Shown here: positions 15,559 through 23,795 of the stretch, piece after piece
Position numbering within the stretch: position 1 is the stretch's first letter
Layout: each line of letters opens with the position of its first letter
Assembly: GCF_030286045.1 (NCBI RefSeq)
Contig: NZ_CP127390.1
Location: 1,667,482 to 1,691,481, forward strand
Direction of reading: 5' to 3'
From: Propionimicrobium sp. PCR01-08-3
GTDB lineage: Bacteria > Actinomycetota > Actinomycetes > Propionibacteriales > Propionibacteriaceae
DNA: 24,000 nt
The notes under the pieces: generated by a model
What the model was told of the DNA's origin: nothing
The model's database searches: none
Seen by the model: only the letters and a program-made list of their open reading frames with translations
Made by a program: the position numbers and the translations under genes

Positions 15559-16194
15559 ATGTCAGAGCCGTTGGTGCTCACCGAGTACGTGGTGAAAACG
15601 ATCGCCCAAACAGCGATTGACAATGAGAAATACTTCTGCGATCTGGATTCGGTCGTCGGAGATGGCGATTTCGGGTATTCGTTGGCCCGCGGCTTTGAGA
15701 AGGTCCTCGAGCAATGGGACGATTTCGATCGCTCCAGCGTCGCCGTCTTTCTGCAGAAGGTGGCGATGGTGGTCACCAGCCGCGTCGGAGGCACCTCGGG
15801 GCCGATCTGGGGCACCGCATTCCTGCGGGCGTCCATGGTCGCCAAGAAGACGGATGTCTTTGATGATGCCACCGCCGTCGCGATGCTGCGGTCGGCGGCA
15901 GAGGGCATCATGGCGCGCGGCGGCGCGTCCTTGGGTGAAAAGACCTTGTTGGACGCCCTTGTGCCGATGACCGACACCCTCGAGCACAAGCTCGCCGAGG
16001 ATCTACCGATCGGCCAGGTGCTGGACGATACGGCCGCCCGTGCGGTCGAGGCAGCCGAAGCCACCAGCAAGCTTGAGGCCAAGCGGGGCCGCGCAGCCTA
16101 TACCGGCGAACGCAGCATCGGTTCGGTGGACGCCGGAGCAACGGCGATCGGCGTACTGGCCTCGGCAGTCGCCAAGGATTGGCCCGATCGCTGA
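15559..16194 (+). CDS. dhaL: Dihydroxyacetone kinase subunit L (ADP-binding).
   Basis: VVGDGDFG motif, GGTSGPIW, and a C-terminal RGRAAYTGERS...DAGA region. GAAGGAG lies 6 nt upstream of ATG 15559. The ORF-track start at 14821 is a GC artefact overlapping the macro gene. Confidence 0.9.
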   Translation: MSEPLVLTEYVVKTIAQTAIDNEKYFCDLDSVVGDGDFGYSLARGFEKVLEQWDDFDRSSVAVFLQKVAMVVTSRVGGTSGPIWGTAFLRASMVAKKTDVFDDATAVAMLRSAAEGIMARGGASLGEKTLLDALVPMTDTLEHKLAEDLPIGQVLDDTAARAVEAAEATSKLEAKRGRAAYTGERSIGSVDAGATAIGVLASAVAKDWPDR

Positions 16195-16437
16195 CCTCCA
16201 TCACCGGCAGGGGCGTCAATTGCAGCCACGTCGTGCCTGCACCACCGGAACCGAAACCTACAAATCCGCCGATAAGAACCGCCGTAAGCGGCGAGGATCA
16301 ACACACCTGCCATATCCACCAAGCCGATGGCTGACGGCACCGCAAGGAAATAAGCACCACAAGTACAAATACGAAATGTCAACCGCGTTGCGGGAATGCG
16401 AAAATTGCGCACCGCAGTTCAGATCAAAGGAGCTCCA

Positions 16438-17433
16438 ATGAAGAAGTTCGTCAATGATCCCCAGCAATATGTGCCCGAGATGCTCACCGGGATCGCGTTG
16501 GCCAATCCGGACACATTGAAGTATGTGCCCGAATACAACCTGATCATGCGCGCCGATGCGCCCAATGATGACAAGGTCACGATCATTCAAGGATCGGGTT
16601 CGGGCCATGAGCCCGCCCATGTGATGGCGGTCGGGCCGGGAATGCTCGACGGCGCTTGCCCGGGCGATGTCTTCGCCGCCCCGCCGATGGACTATGTCTA
16701 CGAATCCGCCAAGCTTCTAGCGTCCGACAAGGGGATTCTCTTGCTGGTCAACAACTATACCGGCGACAAGATGGCCTTTGAGATGGCGGCCGAAATGCTT
16801 CAGGCCGAGGAGTTCAAGGTCGCGACCCTGTTCATCAACGATGATGTCGCGGTCAAGGACTCCACTTTCACCGTCGGACGCCGCGGCGTTGCCGGTAACT
16901 TCTTCGTGATGAAGGCGTGCGGCGCCAAGGCCGAGCAGGGAGCCGATCTCGATGAGGTCGTCCGTGTGGGTGAGAAGGTGAACTCGGTGACCCGCTCGAT
17001 GGGCATCGCGCTGTCGCCGTGTACTCCCCCGGCCAAGGGCGAGCCGTTGTTCCAGCTGGCCGACGACGAGATGGAGGTCGGTGTCGGCATCCATGGCGAG
17101 CCCGGGCGTCGCCGCGACAAACTGGTCCCGGCTGACGAGATCGTGGACGAGCTGCTGGAGGCGATCGTCCCCGATCTGCCCTACGAATCAGGCGACGAAG
17201 TGGCGCTGATGGTCAACGGGCTCGGCGGGACCCCGATCTCCGAGCTCTATCTGCTCTACGGCATCGCTCATGGCAAGCTCGCCGATCGAGGCATCAGCGT
17301 CTGGCGCAGCTATGTGGGTGAATACTGCACGTCGCTCGAGATGGCCGGGGCGTCCATCACCCTGGTGAAGCTCGACGACGAGATCAAAGACCTGTTGAGC
17401 GCACCCGCGCAGACCGCCATCAGAGTGTTCTAG
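16438..17433 (+). CDS. dhaK: Dihydroxyacetone kinase subunit K (substrate-binding).
   Basis: KKFVNDP N-terminus, [15 protein letters not shown] and GIHGEPG motifs. AAAGGAG lies 6 nt upstream of ATG 16438. Confidence 0.9.
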   Translation: MKKFVNDPQQYVPEMLTGIALANPDTLKYVPEYNLIMRADAPNDDKVTIIQGSGSGHEPAHVMAVGPGMLDGACPGDVFAAPPMDYVYESAKLLASDKGILLLVNNYTGDKMAFEMAAEMLQAEEFKVATLFINDDVAVKDSTFTVGRRGVAGNFFVMKACGAKAEQGADLDEVVRVGEKVNSVTRSMGIALSPCTPPAKGEPLFQLADDEMEVGVGIHGEPGRRRDKLVPADEIVDELLEAIVPDLPYESGDEVALMVNGLGGTPISELYLLYGIAHGKLADRGISVWRSYVGEYCTSLEMAGASITLVKLDDEIKDLLSAPAQTAIRVF

Positions 17434-17474
17434 AAGATCAGCCAACAAATAGGCATCTCAACGAGGAGGTTGCG

Positions 17475-18287
17475 ATGACACAGATGAAGGTACACGTCCT
17501 TTCCACGGGAGTCATGGAGACCGATCTCACCTGGCTCCTGCTCAAGGGCGGCACGACGATCCGCGACAAATACCACAAGGACGATCCTGTCGTGTGGGGT
17601 GATTGTCCTACTCATGCCGTACTGATCGAGCATCCCGAGGGGCGGGTGCTGTGGGACACCGGTGTGCCCCGGGATTGGGAGACGCGCTGGGAGCCGACCG
17701 GATTCCACAATTTTTTCCCGGTCCGCGAGCCCAATGACGGGCCCGGATATCTCGACACGGCGCTTGCCGAACTCGAACTGACCCCGGACGATATCGATAT
17801 TTTGGTGCTCTCCCATCTGCATTTCGATCACGCCGCGAACGCCAAGATGTTCGATCCGGCCAAGACGAAGATCGTCGCCAGCGGCGCAGAACTGGAAGGC
17901 GTCAAGTCGATCACTGGGTACAGCAAGGGCGCCCACATCGTCTCCGACTACGACGGCCTCGAGATCGGCGCGATCATCGGGGACGACGAGATTCTGCCCG
18001 GCATCTCCGTCATCCAGACTCCCGGCCACACCTGGGGCACCATGTCGCTCAAACTGGACCTGGAGAACGACGGACCGAAGATCTTCACCTCGGACGCCAT
18101 CTATCTGGCCGACAGCTATGGGCCACCGGCAGTCGGTGCGGCGATCGTCTGGGACAATCTGGCCTGGCTCGAATCGGTCGAGAAGCTGCGCGGTATCGCC
18201 GATGCGACCGGAGCCGAGTTGGTCTTCGGACATGATGCCGAGCAGCGAAAGTCGTTGCGGTTCTCCCCCGGCGAGTTCTACTCGTGA
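17475..18287 (+). CDS. MBL-fold metallo-hydrolase, N-acyl homoserine lactonase family-like.
   Basis: HLHFDHAAN (HxHxDH), [14 protein letters not shown] and FGHD motifs. SD GAGGAGG lies 4 nt upstream of the ATG. Confidence 0.85.
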   Translation: MTQMKVHVLSTGVMETDLTWLLLKGGTTIRDKYHKDDPVVWGDCPTHAVLIEHPEGRVLWDTGVPRDWETRWEPTGFHNFFPVREPNDGPGYLDTALAELELTPDDIDILVLSHLHFDHAANAKMFDPAKTKIVASGAELEGVKSITGYSKGAHIVSDYDGLEIGAIIGDDEILPGISVIQTPGHTWGTMSLKLDLENDGPKIFTSDAIYLADSYGPPAVGAAIVWDNLAWLESVEKLRGIADATGAELVFGHDAEQRKSLRFSPGEFYS

Positions 18288-18294
18288 TGTACCG

Positions 18295-18714
18295 ATGATT
18301 CTCTACGACTACGTCTGTGCAACCGGGCATGACTTTGAGGCACTTGTCGCTTCGATTGCGGACGAAGCCCCGCCGTGCCCGGTCTGCCAGGCGCCCTCAC
18401 ACCGGCGCCTGGCCAAGCTCAACATCGGTGGCCGGGCAGATGCCGGGCCCAGTCGCGATCAGATGCCGCGCTCCTGGCAGCGAACGGCGGGTGGAGACCC
18501 GGAAACCGTTCGGCACTGGCACGATCTGGCAGCCAAGAGGGAGAAGCTCGAAGAAAAGCACCCAGAACTGGCCGGCGACAGGCGTCCGGTTCTCGCCCAC
18601 GAAGGAATCTTCGCCAACCGGCCATTGAGGGCCGGTGACGATATAGCAGCCGCCACCCGTGAAGCCGCGGCTGCCGGCAATCAAGAATCCCAGAAGGATG
18701 CGCATAACCAATGA
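18295..18714 (+). CDS. FmdB-family zinc-ribbon protein with a long charged C-terminal extension.
   Basis: The N-terminus MILYDYVCATGHDFE...CPVCQ fits the FmdB pattern (YxYxCxxCGxxFE...CPxC), except that the first knuckle reads C-A-T-G-H. The start lies 7 nt after the MBL stop. The stop overlaps the ADH ATG (ATGA at 18711-18714). Confidence 0.7.
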   Translation: MILYDYVCATGHDFEALVASIADEAPPCPVCQAPSHRRLAKLNIGGRADAGPSRDQMPRSWQRTAGGDPETVRHWHDLAAKREKLEEKHPELAGDRRPVLAHEGIFANRPLRAGDDIAAATREAAAAGNQESQKDAHNQ

Positions 18715-19817
18715 AAATCAAAGGAGCAGTACTCGAAGAGATCGGCCGTGAGCGCCCATACGCCGACACAAAGCCGATCACCATCAGTGAACTCGAACTC
18801 GATCCCCCGGGCCCCGGCGAGGTACTCGTCCGCATGGAGGCAGCCGGAATCTGCCATTCGGATCTGTCGGTGGTCAACGGCAACAGGCCTCGTCCGGTGC
18901 CGATGCTGTTGGGCCACGAGGCGGCGGGCATCGTGGAAGAACTCGGCGAGGGAGTCGATGACATCGAGGTCGGCCAGCGGGTCGTGATGGCTTTCCTTCC
19001 CAGGTGCGGCAAGTGCAAGAACTGCCTCACCGACGGCAAGCTGCCATGTATCCCCGGCACCGAGGCGAACACCGCAGGCCGTCTGCTCACCGGCGGTGAA
19101 CGGTTGCACCGCGACGGCGAGAAGGTTTTCCATCATCTCGGAGTGTCCGGCTTTGCGACACACGCTGTTGTCGACCGTCGCTCGATCGTTCCGGTAGGGA
19201 GCGATATCCCTCCGATGGTGGCCGCGGTTCTCGGTTGCGCGGTGCTGACCGGCGGTGGCGCGGTGATCAACGCCGGGAACCCGCAAGACGGCGACACGGT
19301 CATCGTGGTGGGTCTTGGCGGAGTGGGCATGGCCGCGCTGATCACGGCCCTTTCTCTCGGCAAGGGCGATGTCATCGGTGTGGACGCCCTGCCGGACAAG
19401 CTGGCCCGTGCGACCGAACTCGGTGCGAGCGCTGTCTATACACCCGATCAGGCGATTGAGGCGGGCGTCAAGGCGCCGGTCGTGGTGGAGGCGGCCGGTC
19501 ATCCGCGTGCCTTCGAGACCGCGGTGAAGCTCACCGGTGTCGGTGGCATAACGGTCACTGTCGGGCTGCCGGCGCCCGGTGCCGATTCGACGATCAGCCC
19601 GCTCGGCCTGACCGCCGAAGCCCGGACGATCATGGGCAGCTATCTCGGCTCGGCGGTTCCCTCCCGAGATATCCCGACCTATGCGCAACTGTGGCGGGAA
19701 GGCAAGCTGCCGGTCGATGCCCTGATCTCGGCCACCATCAAGCTGGAGGACATCAACTCGGCGATGGACGCACTGGCCGACGGCAAGGCGGTGCGCCAGG
19801 TGATTCTCTTCGATTGA
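18711..19817 (+). CDS. Zinc-dependent alcohol dehydrogenase family (class III-like medium-chain dehydrogenase/reductase).
   Basis: GICHSD, GHEAAGIVEELG, structural-zinc CGKCKNCLTDGKLPC, and the Rossmann motif VVGLGGVG. Confidence 0.9.
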   Translation: MKIKGAVLEEIGRERPYADTKPITISELELDPPGPGEVLVRMEAAGICHSDLSVVNGNRPRPVPMLLGHEAAGIVEELGEGVDDIEVGQRVVMAFLPRCGKCKNCLTDGKLPCIPGTEANTAGRLLTGGERLHRDGEKVFHHLGVSGFATHAVVDRRSIVPVGSDIPPMVAAVLGCAVLTGGGAVINAGNPQDGDTVIVVGLGGVGMAALITALSLGKGDVIGVDALPDKLARATELGASAVYTPDQAIEAGVKAPVVVEAAGHPRAFETAVKLTGVGGITVTVGLPAPGADSTISPLGLTAEARTIMGSYLGSAVPSRDIPTYAQLWREGKLPVDALISATIKLEDINSAMDALADGKAVRQVILFD

Positions 19818-19828
19818 TCAACGCATGA

Positions 19829-19887
19829 CCAGAGAATCGTCGCGTCGATCCGCAGTTTCGGCTCATCGCACAGCGACAATTCTCTGG
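19829..19887 (+). terminator. Long hairpin after the ADH gene (possible U-tract-less terminator or regulatory switch).
   Basis: CCAGAGAAT-c-GTCGC (19829-19843) pairs with GCGAC-a-ATTCTCTGG (19873-19887). That is 14 bp with a 1x1 internal loop and a 29-nt partly structured apical region. No T-run follows. Confidence 0.4.
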
Positions 19888-20025
19888 AGGGCCCAGACCC
19901 GTAGCACATGAGCTCCTCGGTTCACGCCGAGCGCTGCTGGCCGGAGAAGCTGACGAGAGCCCGCCCAAGGCAATCGTGTCTGAGAACCGTCGATAAAACG
20001 GCGGCTCTCAGGCACCTTTGGCCCC

Positions 20026-20031
20026 TACACT
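20026..20031 (+). promoter_or_regulatory. Candidate -10 box TACACT for a leaderless beta-propeller gene transcript.
   Basis: The TANNNT hexamer ends exactly 6 nt before ATG 20038. No SD is present. Confidence 0.4.
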
Positions 20032-20037
20032 CAGGCC

Positions 20038-22050
20038 ATGCCGAATTCGCGCTTCGGGCACGGTCCGACAGGTCCCTGGCCACCGCAGCCCGTCCCGCCG
20101 GGCAGCATGCCCGGCGGGACGGAACCGGCGGGAGCAAGACCGCCGAGTGCAGGAACTCCCGAGGCCGGCCTTCCGTGGAACGGATCACCTGACGCTTGGC
20201 CCTCGTGGTCCCGACCGACAAACGCCGCTGCCTCTTCGGCCGGCGCCCCATGGGCGGCACCCAACGATGGGTCACCGTGGCGCGCCCCTGATGGCGCCGG
20301 ATTCCCGGGCAGGCCAAATCCCATTTACGGCTATCCCGCACCGGCATACGGTCCGCCGATGCCTCAACCGCCTGCACCCAAGTCGGTATCACGCATGACC
20401 ACCGTCAGCGTCATCGGTGTCGTCGTCGCGCTCATCTTCTCGCTGGCCTTGGTCCTCAATACCCGCCCGGCGACCGGTATACCCGAGATCGGTGCTGCCG
20501 AGTATCTCGCCGAATCCGGCCATCGCGAGTTCCTTTCGAGCGGCTCCACGACCACGATCGTCGAAAACTCGCAACTGCCGGGAGCCGTGGCGTTCAGCGA
20601 TGCCTCGCCCACCATTCAGCAGGTACTCGCTTCGGTCGGCGTTGATCAGGCGGCCAACAGCTTCTGGGTTTCCGAATTGCTGGACATGCCGACAGGACTC
20701 TTCACCAGATTCTTGGGCATGGACGACACCGGCCTGGTGCTTTACGCATTCGGCATGCCCGACAACCAGATACAGTTCGATTCCGGGTTGATCGAGCTGC
20801 CTGCCGACCCCAGACCGGGAACAACGTGGACCTCCCAGACAACCGCCATCAACCCGGACGGAACCGAAGAAGAATGGACGCGACAAGGCAGTATCGCCCA
20901 GTCGTCCGAGGCCGGATGCGTGGATGTCTCCATCGTCGATCAGCGTCCGGAAGGAGCGACCACCTCGCCCTTCACCCGCTGCGAGCAACGCGGGATCGTG
21001 GCGATCGGTGATCAGCATGCTACCGCCCCACCTGCGCCCGACATGTCGGAACTCTCGCTGACGCCGCACTCCGACCTGCTTCCCTCGGTCGATCCCCTGC
21101 CGGTATCCATCGTGGCTGATGGCGTCGCGCTCTCGGTCGGCATGACGACCGGGCCGGTCGCGGTCGGTGACGGGCTTGTCTACGCCAATCGCACCAACGG
21201 CCAGCTGGTCTTCGTCCGGCCAGATCCGAGCGGCGAGTGGACCATTGACGCAACTCGCAGACCGGGAGCCGATGTCACGACTTTGCTCGGGATCGGCGAG
21301 GTGGTCGTAGCCGCCACCACTGATCGGACGCTGGTCGCCTACAGCGCCGCCGGAAAATGGCTATGGCAGAGCGAGATATCGGATCTCGCGAGCGACCTGG
21401 TCCGGGTCTCCGACCGGAGTGCCGCGGCTCTGAGCCTCGACGGAAAGCTTGTCGTCGTCGACCTGACCGATGGTGCCGTCGTCCGCGAGGCAGAAATGCC
21501 GTCGGGATCCCTCGTCGCCCCGGCGGTCGGAGCAGACACCGGAGCGGGGCCGGTGGTCATCACCGCGGCCGAACGCAAGCTGGTGATCCTGAACGCCGAC
21601 GACACCACGACTCCTATCGAGGTTCGTGACGAGGTCAACTCGATGGCTCTTGCAGACGGCGTGATCGTGGTCAGCGACGTCTCCGCAGATCTCTCCGGAT
21701 TCGATCTGGAGGGAAACCGGCTCTGGCGGGTCGGGTTGGCGGCCTCGTGCCGGCAACTTCTGTCGTCCGGGCAAACCGTGTATTGCAGGCTTCCCGACGC
21801 GGTCGCCGCCATTGATGCCCTCTCCGGCCGGATATTGTGGCAGGCCGACTACCCCGCCCTGATGATCTACTTCGCCGCCGACCGGCTGCTCGTCTTGGGC
21901 CGTCAGACAACAACGATGCTCGCAAGCGATAGCCAGCAACTCGCCTCATGGCCGATTGAGCGAACAGCACCCAACACCTGGGCCGTATCGATGAAAGCCG
22001 GCCTCCTGACCGTCAGCGACACCGGACAATTCGAGTGGTGGCAGGCATGA
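20038..22050 (+). CDS. Membrane-anchored protein: Pro/Trp-rich cytoplasmic N-terminus, single TM, extracytoplasmic PQQ-like (BamB-like) beta-propeller repeats.
   Basis: About 118 aa of P/G/W-rich low complexity, then TM TTVSVIGVVVALIFSLALVL. The C-terminal half has repeated short-strand motifs (LVAYSAAGKWLWQ, LSGFDLEGNRLWRV, AIDALSGRILWQ) typical of PQQ-like propeller blades. Confidence 0.65.
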   Translation: MPNSRFGHGPTGPWPPQPVPPGSMPGGTEPAGARPPSAGTPEAGLPWNGSPDAWPSWSRPTNAAASSAGAPWAAPNDGSPWRAPDGAGFPGRPNPIYGYPAPAYGPPMPQPPAPKSVSRMTTVSVIGVVVALIFSLALVLNTRPATGIPEIGAAEYLAESGHREFLSSGSTTTIVENSQLPGAVAFSDASPTIQQVLASVGVDQAANSFWVSELLDMPTGLFTRFLGMDDTGLVLYAFGMPDNQIQFDSGLIELPADPRPGTTWTSQTTAINPDGTEEEWTRQGSIAQSSEAGCVDVSIVDQRPEGATTSPFTRCEQRGIVAIGDQHATAPPAPDMSELSLTPHSDLLPSVDPLPVSIVADGVALSVGMTTGPVAVGDGLVYANRTNGQLVFVRPDPSGEWTIDATRRPGADVTTLLGIGEVVVAATTDRTLVAYSAAGKWLWQSEISDLASDLVRVSDRSAAALSLDGKLVVVDLTDGAVVREAEMPSGSLVAPAVGADTGAGPVVITAAERKLVILNADDTTTPIEVRDEVNSMALADGVIVVSDVSADLSGFDLEGNRLWRVGLAASCRQLLSSGQTVYCRLPDAVAAIDALSGRILWQADYPALMIYFAADRLLVLGRQTTTMLASDSQQLASWPIERTAPNTWAVSMKAGLLTVSDTGQFEWWQA

Positions 22051-23795
22051 AAAACCACACTGCGCTGCTGGTCGACGCTCTCAACAAAGTCTTTCTCGCC
22101 CCGATCCGGTCGGGTCGCCCGCGTCCGAGTCAATGGCCGGCCGGGCTCAGTCCGGTGATGGCGGTCGTCGGAATCGGGTATCTGTTCGGAGTCGTCCTCG
22201 TGCTCGGTGCACCGTGGCTGCGGGCCGCCGACCGGCCGGTTGTCATCGAAGGCTCGCAAGTGCTGGGCAGTGCGTCCATGACCGTGCTGCTCTGGCTGGT
22301 GAGCCTCACGCTCGCGCTTGGCCTGACCGCGGCGCTGCATGTGCACCCGTTGCTGAAGATCGTCAGCCTGGCCGTCTTCTTGCTGCCGCTCACTCCACAA
22401 CTGGCGCTCGGCGGATCGCTGCCCGTGCTCGGCAGCATGCTGGGCATCGTCGTCTTCTTCCTGATTCGATGGCGGGGCCGCTTCGTCGCCTGGGAGTTTC
22501 CGGTGATCTGGATACTCGTCAGCATCGGCGTGCTGAGACCGCTGGCCGTGAGCGGCAACTATGGGTACGACATGCGCACCGCAACACTGTTGTTGGTGCT
22601 CGCATTCATCAACTCCCTGGCGGTGCCCGCGCTGATGATGACCGGTTATGCGGCCGCCCAGGTCGGGGTCTCGATCTCGCAGTGGATGGGATTGAGACTC
22701 GATCAGGTATTGCCCGTTCAGGCGACAAAACTGCTCGCCGGCTTGCTGGCAGTCGGAAACGTCGGCTACGCGATGTGGTCGACCTACCAGGGCAAGCTCG
22801 GCTGGGAGGCCGAAAACTGGGTCGGGTCACTCCTGCTCGTGACACTGACGGTTGGCATCGTGGCCGGTTTATTGAGCCGAAGGCCTGCCATCCGGACGCC
22901 CGATGCCGGCCCACGACCGGCCCCGGCGGCTTCGTCCACCACGCCGCGGTCGCACGATCCGGCCGCTCCGGACGCCATCGCCGACAGCTGGGTACCGCAG
23001 GCATTCGGACTGGCCTCGGCGACGCTTGCCTTCATGGTGTTGACCGCCATCGCGGCGATCGCCGGCGGCCTGGTCGATGTCTTCTTGGGGCACCAGCCCG
23101 ATTGGCTGGCGAACCTTGGGTCGAGCAATCTCTTGCTGTTTGTGGTGCGATTCTCACAGGCTGGCATCGCCTTGTGGTGGGGTTGGCGCAGGGCCGGGCG
23201 AGGAGATCGCGTGACCCCCGTGGTGCTCGGTGCATTCGGGGCCATCATGATCATCTCGTCGCTGTCGATCCTGACCTCGTCGACCTGGCTCGCGTGGGAG
23301 GTCGAGCCCGTCGGCATCTTGCTATTGCTGGCCGGAGTGATCGCATGGTTCACATTCCGCAGCGACGCGGGCGCTCATTATGCGTTGATCATCGCGCTGT
23401 TGGCCACCCTCTTCCGGTTCCGCGAACCGTTGTCGGAGCCGGGCATGGTGTTCGGCGTCGTTTCGGCGTCCGCCGTGTTGCTGATCAGCCTGATTTGGCG
23501 GGTGCTCACCGATGGCGACCTGATGGCGGGCGACTCCAGGGCTCTCCCCGGCGCCTCCCGCGTGATGGCTTTTGGGACGATGGCACTGCTCGCTGTGCTG
23601 ACGTTGTCGGTGACCGCACAGATGCGCGTCCAGACACCGGCGATAGATCAATCGGCCATGGTCGGGTTGGGAGATGCCACGCTCGGTGGCGCCTTGTTCC
23701 TCGCGGCCGGGGTGAGCACTCTGACAGCGTTGTGGTCCGCCAGGCAAGCGGACGCCCACCACCGAGCCGCTCCCGCGTTGTTTAACCCGCGGTGA
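22047..23795 (+). CDS. Large polytopic integral membrane protein of unknown family (about 14 TM segments in two blocks joined by a Pro-rich linker).
   Basis: Continuous hydrophobic segments with native GC-rich codon usage. ATG 22047 overlaps the upstream TGA (ATGA at 22047-22050). The linker RRPAIRTPDAGPRPAPAASSTTPRSHDPAAPD lies mid-protein. Confidence 0.7.
   Translation: MKNHTALLVDALNKVFLAPIRSGRPRPSQWPAGLSPVMAVVGIGYLFGVVLVLGAPWLRAADRPVVIEGSQVLGSASMTVLLWLVSLTLALGLTAALHVHPLLKIVSLAVFLLPLTPQLALGGSLPVLGSMLGIVVFFLIRWRGRFVAWEFPVIWILVSIGVLRPLAVSGNYGYDMRTATLLLVLAFINSLAVPALMMTGYAAAQVGVSISQWMGLRLDQVLPVQATKLLAGLLAVGNVGYAMWSTYQGKLGWEAENWVGSLLLVTLTVGIVAGLLSRRPAIRTPDAGPRPAPAASSTTPRSHDPAAPDAIADSWVPQAFGLASATLAFMVLTAIAAIAGGLVDVFLGHQPDWLANLGSSNLLLFVVRFSQAGIALWWGWRRAGRGDRVTPVVLGAFGAIMIISSLSILTSSTWLAWEVEPVGILLLLAGVIAWFTFRSDAGAHYALIIALLATLFRFREPLSEPGMVFGVVSASAVLLISLIWRVLTDGDLMAGDSRALPGASRVMAFGTMALLAVLTLSVTAQMRVQTPAIDQSAMVGLGDATLGGALFLAAGVSTLTALWSARQADAHHRAAPALFNPR

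Noticed and set aside
19908-20192. 94-aa ORF spanning the start of the beta-propeller gene.
   Set aside because: It overlaps the better-supported CDS in another frame, is Arg-rich, and has no SD or promoter signature.
22133-23785. 550-aa alternative-frame ORF inside the polytopic membrane protein gene.
   Set aside because: It runs on the same strand in a shifted frame, is extremely Arg/Gly-rich and has no hydrophobic periodicity. The annotated frame gives coherent TM helices and an ATGA-coupled start.
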